Shown here: positions 42,522 through 52,224 of the stretch, one piece after another
Layout of the letters: the number at the start of each line of letters is the position of its first letter
How positions within the stretch are numbered: position 1 is the stretch's first letter
Program-made: the position numbers and the translations under genes
DNA from: Gnetum montanum
Lineage: Eukaryota > Plantae > Gnetophyta
Direction of reading: 5' to 3'
Length of the DNA: 64,000 nucleotides
Assembly (NCBI GenBank): GCA_015680685.1
Contig: MNCI01002112.1
Span: 1-64,000, forward strand
The notes under the pieces: model-generated
What the model was told of the DNA's origin: nothing
What the model saw: the letters and a program-made list of their open reading frames with translations, nothing else
Databases searched by the model: none

Positions 42522-45500
42522 TTACGCATCTCTTCTGATGCCACTGTCACCAGTATCTCTCAAGTCCGGCTCTAGTCCTAATAAATCGTCCTCTAGTGGG
42601 CCTTCTCTTCGGGGAAGTATTCCTTCATGAAGAATCCCCTCTTCATGTGGTCCTTGCTCTTGCACTGGCTCCACAGGAGGACGCTCTTCATAACTACACC
42701 CCTCTTCTTGTACTTGCTCCTCAGCTGGCTCACCTTCTCTATTCTCTTCTGGCACCTAGATACAGAGAACATATTAGCAAGACAAAACTTGACAACACAA
42801 TCAGAAAATTTAGACTTCGTCATGATTAAACTTACTCACGATGGCCCTACTTCCGCAGCAAAGGGAAGCCTTTCCAAGCTGGCCCATAGGTGCTCCATGA
42901 TTTCATCCTCAGTCAGGTCAGACCACACTTCATCTCCTAGAGCAGCTCCAGCCTTTACCTTCCCTTTCTCCACATTAGTCTAGCGAGGCAGGTCAGGGAA
43001 GAAAGTAGGGACAGTAGTCTAGCCCCCGGGGAGAGTCACCTCCCTTTCCGGGGATGCACTTATAGTCACCTGCTCTTGAAACTTCTTGAAGGTTTTGGAT
43101 GCCCCAATGACGTCCAGGAAGACTCGTAAGGATTGGGCTTCAATGGCAGAATCACGATAATGTTGAAGATAAGCGATACTTTCTCACTTATACAAATGTT
43201 TATGGTCCTTTTCCTTCTACCCCCATTCTTGTACACTTGCGCAGTAATCCCTCCAGTCATGGCTTTTCTGAGCTAACAGCTCTATCTGCATCCACTGCTC
43301 CACCAACGCCCGACTGGTTTGCACGCTATTCTTGATGGCGGTCCAATAACAGGAGTAGTCAATAACAGTGGTGCACCAATCCTCGTCACCTATTTCCCAT
43401 GCCTGTAGGAACTCGCATTGCAACTTTAGGTCCCCGACCTCTTTGGTCAGAGACTCATTCTTCTTCTGTAACCTCTGCACCCTTTTCCAGAGGTTTTCAT
43501 TTACACCCTTACTCTCCCATAAGGAGCAAGTTGAGCTTAACGCACATTTACGCATCTCTTCATAAATGTGGCGTGGCACGACTGCCCCATCAGATGGAGG
43601 CTCCACTGTGTCCAAATCAATGGGCTCCGTTGGGTCCCATCGAAGGTGAGCTCCTAACAGCAAACATTATCAATGTATATGACACATTACCACTATATAA
43701 TAAAATAAACCTATTATGGCTACAACGTACCAGCTTTAGGATCGACGTTCTTGAGGCGCTTGATCATATCGCTGATGACGCCTTCCATAAAGGCGAACTT
43801 GTCAGGAAAGTCTCTCCACGCTCTGCTCACAGCGGCAGACGTGGACGTATCCTCTTCTCCTATAGTGTAGTCAAGTTAGAAACTCTAGTTATTAACAGAA
43901 TTCTACAAAGTTTCCAACATGCTCATTACCTCTACCAGTAACAATGGGGAGCTCGCCAACATCTTCTGCCTCCTTTCTCTCTTCACGCACAAGAGTTTGT
44001 GCATCGTTCGTCCCAACAGCTGGGGCCTCCTCACGCACAAGAATCCGTGCATGGCTCACCCTAACAGCTGGGGCCTCTTCTTCTAAAACTGGGGCCCCTT
44101 TCCCATGACTTAATATCATTGCCCCTGTTTCAGGGGTCAGCTGCTCCGTAACTTTTTCTGGTCATATCACATAATACGCTTAATACACTTCAAAATATCC
44201 TAAATAAACATTGTGTAATACAACTTTCAATACATTTCTTCCATGCTTACTAGGCGGAGGTTTACTCTGCTGAACTCTGACTTCCATGGTTTGACCTATG
44301 CCACTCCTAGGCTCCGTAGAGGCCTCGATTATATGAAGCCTTTTACGCCGAGCTGCAGGTTCTACAATTTCTGCTGCCAAACGTTTCCCTCGTGAGGCAT
44401 CGCCAGTGTAAGTAGGTATTATCCTGCCTACATTGTTGGGGCCTCGCATTCGAGATGCCGCCAAATCTCTGCTCGTTATAGACAGAGAGTCCCCAATCCC
44501 TTTTGGGGGATCCTGTCCACGCATAGTGCTGAAAATGTGAGTAATCCAAGGTCTGGATAGCTGGTCTTGGTCTTGCTGCACCCAGACCCCATTACTTTGG
44601 ATGACCAAGAATTCAACAAAACGTCGAAGGCAGGCTATGAAGAAGGTGTAATGCACGTTGAAACGAGACTTGAGCTTCTTGCGAAGCCTGATCATCTCAG
44701 TGCGTAACCCCTCAACAAAATAGCTTGCCCAATTGAACTGGGTCCCTTCTTCGATAACCTCCCGCATAAGACGGATCTGCTCTATGGAAAAGAACCTCCC
44801 CTGTGACAGTGTTTTGGGGAAAGCTCGGGCCCGAAAAAGGGGATAAACTGTCTTAGCAATTTCTAGCTGGATCTTTTCAAAAGGGATCCCTTTAGGCTCC
44901 TTCTTGATCCCTACCCACTCCTCCAGCAACTCCTGAAAGGAGAGACTCCTCTTCACCTTTTCCTCTATGGAAAGGCTATTAGAGGGGACGCTGAAAAGGT
45001 CTTCAAGGAGCTGAGCGCCAATGTCAAAACTTACACGTACGTGATGCACGAACGTGCAAAAATGCTCTGCCCTTTCGCTGAAGGAGTTGACCAATGTTAA
45101 CATTTCATTGGCAGGGACATCAGGGGTCGCGGCTAAAAATAAATGCATTAGCCTCACTTCTCGTATCTTGGTGACCACCGTAACTGGGGCCACCGCGTGG
45201 CCGAGTCAGCGTTGTGCATCCTTGATGTCGCCGTAGTGGAAGAGGAGGGTATTCACCTTGCGGCCGGAAATTGTAAGGGTAATCTCCCGGGATTCCTTGA
45301 CTGAACAATGTAAGAAGCAGGTCAAAAAAAATACTATTACGCAACATTTACAATTCACAATTACACCACACAACAATAAAGTACGCAGCAGTTTTACCAG
45401 ATCCAAATGGCAAAGGAAATGAGGAAAGTTTCCTCTACACGTCTGCAATGGTAAGGGGCGGATCCAAGGTCCAATCGTCATGTAGCCACCCGAGATTCTG

Positions 45501-46599
45501 GCAATTCTTGAAAGCATCAGCGTAATGGGTGGGGTACTCATGAATTTCGAAGCCGATCTGCCCCATCACACTAGTGCATACGTTGCTAGTCGAGGTAAAT
45601 GCCTTTATCGCCGTTTCGGTCCATGACAAAGTATCACCATCGCCTACCAACTTGTTTTCATGGATAAAAAACCTGTACCATACCACATAGGCTTATCTTA
45701 CGTTTTACAAAACTCAGATAATAGACATATAATGATAATATAGCCAACAAAATCGCTTACCCGCCTGAGTAGTACACTGTGCCTCGTGGGTTTTGGAAGT
45801 AGGTCGAGACATGACGGGCCATAAACAAAGTGTTGTATGCATGGTAGCAACTAAACTGGGCCATTTCCCAGATCTAGCCTAAGCACCTCAAACCTTGGGC
45901 GCTAAGGTCTCGGTCCTCGGGATGACCAGTATCGATGGCTCCATCTGTCAAGAAAGCCAAAATTCCCTTTGCGGAACCTACTAACAGGTGCTCCAAAATG
46001 GCACCAGCAATATTGCCTGAAAAATTAGACCATATAATAACGCTGTAGTTACACAGTAAAAACTACAGAAACTCCAGCATGCCCTTTCGAAACCATATGG
46101 CCTTCCCATGCAACCGAGTGTGCGGGGGAGGGACATTAGTCATGATTGTGTTTATGCAGCACAAAACCCCAACGATATCTAAGACGATTAAGACAGGTCT
46201 TAGCATAACACTGTACAGAAAATGCAATAAACAGATCAACGTCTAGATTCACATTTGCATGATTAAATACAGAAAACGTACGAATTACACTTAGCTATTC
46301 ATGCCAAAATCGCCCAAACCCTTGCAACAGTGCAAGGTTTGTCCCTGACAACGGCGATAGACGCACCCCATTAAACCCTCATCTTAACGCGAGGTCCATA
46401 GTATAAAACCCTCATTTACGCGAATAACGCTAAAGAATAAGCACTACTAAAACAACACAAGTACGCAAAGAATGGCCTATCTGTTCAAAGGCGTAGGGTC
46501 CCTCACTTCGACTACCGCCTATGAAACGTGCTGCAGATTCTCTTGCACCTCATCGATTTTAGTCAATTTCACGTTCTTCCGTTTCACTTTAGGTGCCAT
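42522..46599 (-). pseudogene. Antisense 8-exon accessory gene in the PR-RT spacer of copy D (1108 aa; FCP1/NIF-like pseudo-phosphatase domain, transposon-accessory-like domain, coiled coil, acidic tail)
   Basis: Exons 46599-46481, 46210-45761, 45696-45398, 45300-44251, 44157-43930, 43859-43731, 43653-42836, 42755-42522; intron phases 2,2,1,1,1,1,0 join in frame (3327 nt); GT-AG introns except intron 1 donor AT (GT in the other copies); premature stops present. Confidence 0.88.
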
Positions 46600-47050
46600 T
46601 GTCACAGTTTCACACTTTCACGTATTTGCAAACTACGTGCTCTAATCTTCAGCTACTCTTCCTCTCGCTTTGTAATAGTTAGAAATTCGAATTCGCGACA
46701 GCCATAAGCCCGTTCTTACTGAAAACTGCTTACTTATATGCAAAATTTAACCGACTTGATACTCGATTTCAACGAGACTTGCCCAAATGCTGGTGTCAGT
46801 ATGAGCTAGAACCTAAAGATCAAGACATTAATTGCATCAGATATCGCACGTATTACGGTCTGAAACAACCCTAAACTACTGTAGCTTATCTCCTCGTAAT
46901 CAGGTCTCATGAATTATAGGCTGTTCGTAAACTTTAAAATTCGGTTACCTTTACGTAGCAATGTCACATCACTTCCTGTACACTAAACTAAATGTTATTC
47001 GTTCAACACTTATCGCATCAAACTTAGTATCTGTCTAATTACTTTCGCAT

Positions 47051-50000
47051 TTGACACTTTTGCAAGATAATTCACAGATGGATGAAATCTTGTCTGCACC
47101 GCTAGTTTTAGCAAGCTCACAAGGTGAAATCATTAGACAACTTGATCCCACACTAATAGAAACTAACCTAGCCCTTAATGATGCAATCATAGCCACGTCA
47201 GAAACATCTCTAGATTGGCCAGAGCAATCGGCGCACATGCTAGATCTAGAAGCTAGAGATGTGATCGAAGATCCACTTAACGAGGTCTCTATGGTTATGC
47301 ATAGGGGTGAGACTAAAACTCTCAAGGTTAGCTCTCTATTAGACCAAAAGGCAAGTGATGACATAAAACAGGTTCTCCAGAATAACATCATGGTGTTCGC
47401 ATGGTCATAGAAGGATATGCTAGGACTAGACCTAAGATTAATTCAACACAACATAATCCTAGATTCCCATATCAAAGCCGTCAGACAAAAAGCACGAAAG
47501 ATCAAGCCAGAAGTCACGCTAGCAGTATGTGATGAAATCACTAAGCTATACCAGGCAGGTTTTATTCGTGTGGTTGATTACTCGGACTGGGTATCCAATA
47601 TTGTAGTAGTTCCCAAAAAGATCGTAGGAATACGTATTTGTATAGATTTCCGGGACTTGAACAAAGCTACAATCAAGGATAACTTCCCATTGCCAAGTAT
47701 CGACCAATCAGTGGATACAACCGCTGGACATGTGCTTTTGTCCTTCATGGATGGCTTCTTAGGATACAATCAAATACGCATTAACCTAGAGCACCAGCTA
47801 ACAATGACATTTATGACACCCTGGAGGACCTTCTTGTACACCATGATGCCTTTTGGCTTAAAAAATGCTAGAGTAACATATCAACGAGCTATGACGTACA
47901 TCTTTATCGATTACCTCTTAGGGAGGCTGAATGACTATGTTGACGATATAGCTGTTAAGTCTTTAAAGTCTGAAGATCATTCAAAGGATCTGGAGTTAGT
48001 CCTCAAAAGATGCTCTAAATATGACCTCCGACTTAACCTAAAAAAGTGTGTGTTCGGAGTCAAAATCAGACGCATGCTGGGTTTTGTGGTATCGAAAATT
48101 GGCATATGCGTAGACCCTGACAAAGTCAAAGCCATTGTTGAATTGGCACCCCCTACAAGTCTTAAGCAATTATGCGGATTACAGGGGAGGTTACAGTTTA
48201 TCAGGCGGTTCATCTCGAGATTAACTGACAAGTTACACCCTATGAAACATTTGCTTAAAAAGGGGGTTAATTTAGAATGGATGGACGATTGTCAACATGC
48301 GTTCGACAGCTTGAAGCAAGAGCTTCAATGCTTGCCAAAATTTTTCCTGCCGCAAAGGGATCAACCATTCTATATCTATCTCGCAACTTCAGACATAGCC
48401 TTAGCAGCATTACTCTGTCAAAGGAGGGGTGATGGGTCGGAAGTACCCATCTACTACTTGAGTCACGCTCTATGTGCGTATGAAACGAGGTATAATGAAG
48501 AAGAGTGTAACTACTTAGTGTTAGTATTTACGCTCAAGAAGTGTAGACATTATCTTTTCCGTAGTCAAGTTAATATCATCTGTAAAAATAACATCCTTAG
48601 GGAAATTACGCATAACTTATACGAAAGTAGCAAAATAGCTCGTTGGAAGGCTATCATGGCAGAATTCGATCTGCATTACATTGGCCAATATTCTATGAAG
48701 GTCCAAGCGATAGCCGACCAATTAGTAACATCTCCTATTGACAGTTAGGCAACCATAGAGCCTGAATTTCCAAACGAATATGTACATAGTGTAAGCCCTG
48801 TCTTAACAAGCCCTGAAGCGATGTTGTATTTCGACAGAGCTTCAACCGCTAGAGGTGGCAGTGCTACCACCGTTATTACGCTATCACCTGAGGATGTGCG
48901 TCTTCACGCTTATCGCTTAACCTTCCCCTGTATGAACAATGTGGCAGAGTACGAGGGGCTCCTCAGAGGATTACTAGCTGCCAGCGAACTCGATGTTCGA
49001 CACTTGGAAATTAGGGGTGATTTGATGCTCGTCATCAATTAGATCATAGGAGTCTACGCCTGAAAATCTGTACATTTACAACCCTATTGCGATATGGCTA
49101 AAGATCTTCTGAAGAAATTTACGACCATTGATGCCCAACACGTGCCACGAAATGATAACACATTGGCCGATGCACTGGCTACGTTGGCCTTAAACATACG
49201 ATCGCATCTATTCGACACTTTTCCTTCTTTAATAACAGATTGTACAGGTCCTATTGTTCAGGCGGCGCAAATATCTTCTCTTCTCGAAGAAAGCACGCCA
49301 GAATGGTATGACAACATTAAAACTTACCTCTTGCAAGGTGAGCTACTGCACGAATTGACACACGCACAGAAAGATGCAATCCGCAAGCGAGCTAGGCAGT
49401 ACGTAATCATAGGAGACAGTACTCTCTGTAGATGCTCTTTTGATGGATTTTTGCTTACTTACGTCAACAAAGACCAAGCACAGCGTATCGTTGGCGAGGT
49501 TCACGAGGGATTATGCAGAGGACACGTAGCACCATGGGCTATGGCTTCAAAAAATCACCGCTTAGGGTACTACTGGCCACGCATGGAAAAAGATTGCCTG
49601 ACGAAGGTTAAAACTTGTGACACATGTTAACGTCATGCAAATCTTATACACGTGTCGCCTACAAAGTTACATACGACTCAAATCACATGGTCGTTTCAAC
49701 GATGGGGACTAGACATTATAGGTCCCATCACGCCAAAATCTTCCACAGGTCATAGCTTTATAATTACCGCTACTGAGTACTTTATGAAGTGGGTAGAAGC
49801 TATTCCTTTAAGAAAGATCACATCTCAACAGATTTGCCGTTTCATCTTAGACAACATTGTAACTAGATTTGGTCTCCCAATGACTATCGTGACTGAAAAT
49901 GGGCCATAGTTTAGTAGTACGGAAACCAAATCCTTCTGTGATAGCCTTGGTATTAAATAATCTTTTTCCTCGCCCTACTACCCGCAAGCGAATGGTCAAG

Positions 50001-50545
50001 CTGAAGCAATAAATAAGGTCATCATCAATCTACTCAAGAAAATGCTTGACAGTAACAAGAGACGATGGCACGAAAAAATCCTCTATGTGCTATGGGCGTA
50101 TCGTACTACATGTAGGACGGCTACAGAGAGTACACCCTACAGCCTAGTCTACGGATCTAAAGTAGTGCTGCCCCTTGAGTTGCAAATTCCTTCTCTGAGA
50201 ATGGTCCTTTCCACGATTATAAATGAGGCTCAACACACCGATTCCAGGATCATGGATCTGGATTCAGTAGAAGAGAAGCGAATACAGACACTTGATGCAA
50301 TCGAAAAGTATCAAGACAGGTAGAGGTAAAAGCATTGTCACAATCTTCAGCAGCGTCCAATCAAGAAAGGAGATTTAGTCCTCAAGGCCATTCGCGAACC
50401 AGTAGGTAAATTCTCTGCAAACTGGGAGGGCCCTTTCTTGGTGATTGATGCGTATAGCAATGGAGCATTCAAGTTAGCGGATGTCGATGGCAACGAGTTA
50501 CCAAACCCTATCAATCATATATATTTGAAGCGGTACTACATATAG
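47051..50545 (+). pseudogene. pol: pol of copy D: RT - RNase H - additional (archaeal-type) RNase H - integrase, one frame with nonsense codons
   Basis: ORF pieces 47051, 47417, 48821, 49094, 49652 and 50042 share one frame; RT motifs ICIDFRDLNKA, MPFGLKNA, YVDD; aRH LYFD..NNVAEYEGL..ADALA; integrase H-H-C-C, WGLDIIGP, PYYPQANGQAE, WEGPF. Confidence 0.96.
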
Positions 50546-50574
50546 TTGCATCTCTAGTGTGAATATCAGGTATG

Positions 50575-51070
50575 GCCATCATCATCCGCTACAACGCTAA
50601 ACTGGCAACAAATGTCTGCTATGATGTAAAACTGGCACTCCCTTAACGCGTCTGCCATGATGCTAAATAGGTATTGATCATCTGCCACGACGCAAAACTG
50701 GCAAGTTGCAACTATCCGCTACGATGTAAAACTCGCAATGTTGTATAGGTCCGCCAAGAAGAAAAACTGGCATCTATTGCAGGCGTCCACCACGACGCTA
50801 AACTGGCACCGGCTGTCCATCATGACATAAAATTGGCAAAGGTAAGTAACTGTCTGCTGAGATGTAAAACTAGCATAGATTTTTCCTTGGGTCATGACAT
50901 GAAACTGACATCCACAGCACGGTCTGCTGAGACCATAAATTAGCTCTGCCATCATCTGCTATGACTTAAAACTAACATTTCTCGGTCCTCCCAAACTTTA
51001 AACTGGGAGCATGGTCTATTGAGACTTAAAATTAGCAATGACAATTCTCCCAAGACTTAAAACTGGGGCT
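50575..51070 (+). repeat. Degenerate ~30-35 bp tandem array in the 3' UTR of copy D
   Basis: Recurrent GTCYGCYAYGAC..AAACTGGCA core with variable linkers. Confidence 0.85.
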
Positions 51071-52211
51071 CACAAACTGCTCTCATGTAACTCAAGCGAG
51101 CATGATTATCTCTGTGCAGTTGCAAGACACATGGGATGGGATGCTGGGATAGTCCCAGCATCACTACCTCACCTGCATCCTACTGATTCCCCGGATGTGC
51201 AGAAGGGCATACTACTGACCCCTTGGAGATACCGTCACCACACCTATTCCAACGGTGGTACCTCTGAGAGGTTAGTTTCTCCGTCCAAAGCCCCAAAGGC
51301 ATTCTCATCAACTACGGCTTTGGGGATCTCCGCTCATCATGACTATCAGGCTTTGGCTTCACAGATTCATCTAGCCGGTTCTTTGCGTAACCAGTCAGAT
51401 GCGCTAAGTCTGATGTTCTTTGGTAGCAATATGCTGGGCTGAGCCTTAAGAGTGAAAACTCGAGCCTCATGCTACAATTTCTCCTTCATGGCCCAATCAA
51501 TATATCTTGCCTCTAATAGTACTTGTTTTAACAACCTCGCCTGCAATTCGCACGTACAATGGTATCCTCTGTTTTCTTCTTTGGTTGCAGGTTACTTGGT
51601 TCGAGGATGTCATTCAAAGATGCATTCATCTGAGCAGTGAAGTACAAAAAACGGTTTGAAATGGCTACTCAGGTTAGCTTGTCCACTTAGAAGTGCATCC
51701 CTATTCCCCTTATAATCCTACCCTCAGCTCTTACTATACTTTATCTCTACCATCTGCTTCCCGTTTGCAAAATCTATGCACACAACACCCGTTTTCCGCA
51801 TTCGCATTACAATCAAGTTCATAAACTAGCGTAACAAAATTTGCCTAATGGACGCCCAAAAAAAATGGGCTCGGCAAAATGGGTGAAACACATCCACCCA
51901 GGCCGTGCAGATGCAACAAAATTCATCTATGAAACCCCTTCATCTACAAAGTGATAGCATAATTCCATGCTAACGCATCTGTAGGAGAAAGCCTAACTAC
52001 TTATGCGTGAAGAAGTCATCCTTATTCATTTGCATCTTCCCCAAACCTGTTTCCTCCTATACCATCCTATCTTCTATTCCCTCCATCTTTGCGCTTCTAT
52101 GTTGATAGGCGACACTTGAGTAACCATCGATGAACGTTGTTGGTGCTTTTACCTATCTGGTGTTTCGTATTCTTTGTCGACGTCTTTCGAGCAAGCCTTG
52201 TAACCGTCGAC

Positions 52212-52220
52212 AAAGAGGGG
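52212..52220 (+). promoter_or_regulatory. Polypurine tract of copy D
   Basis: AAAGAGGGG then CCAT then LTR TG; same motif precedes the 3' LTRs of copies E, B and C. Confidence 0.9.
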
Positions 52221-52224
52221 CCAT

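Noticed and set aside
43399-43941. 180-aa plus-strand ORF and other short ORF-track entries in LTRs or opposite pol
   Set aside because: Shadow frames of real coding regions or low-complexity sequence; no motifs and not conserved between copies
44180-45193. 337-aa ORF as a retroviral env or a standalone gene
   Set aside because: Antisense and upstream of RT, no signal peptide or TM anchor evident; it is exon 4 reading into intron 4
42522-46599. Accessory gene as a host gene or one-off captured fragment
   Set aside because: Present at the same position and orientation in five diverged copies and enclosed by the LTRs and TSD of copy D
48821-49200. Second RNase H as a novelty
   Set aside because: The additional archaeal-type RNase H between RH and INT is an established hallmark of Tat/Ogre/Retand elements
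50575-51070. Repeat-spacer-like arrays as CRISPR
   Set aside because: Repeats are degenerate, linkers short and related, no cas genes; eukaryotic retroelement context and typical of Tat/Ogre UTR arrays
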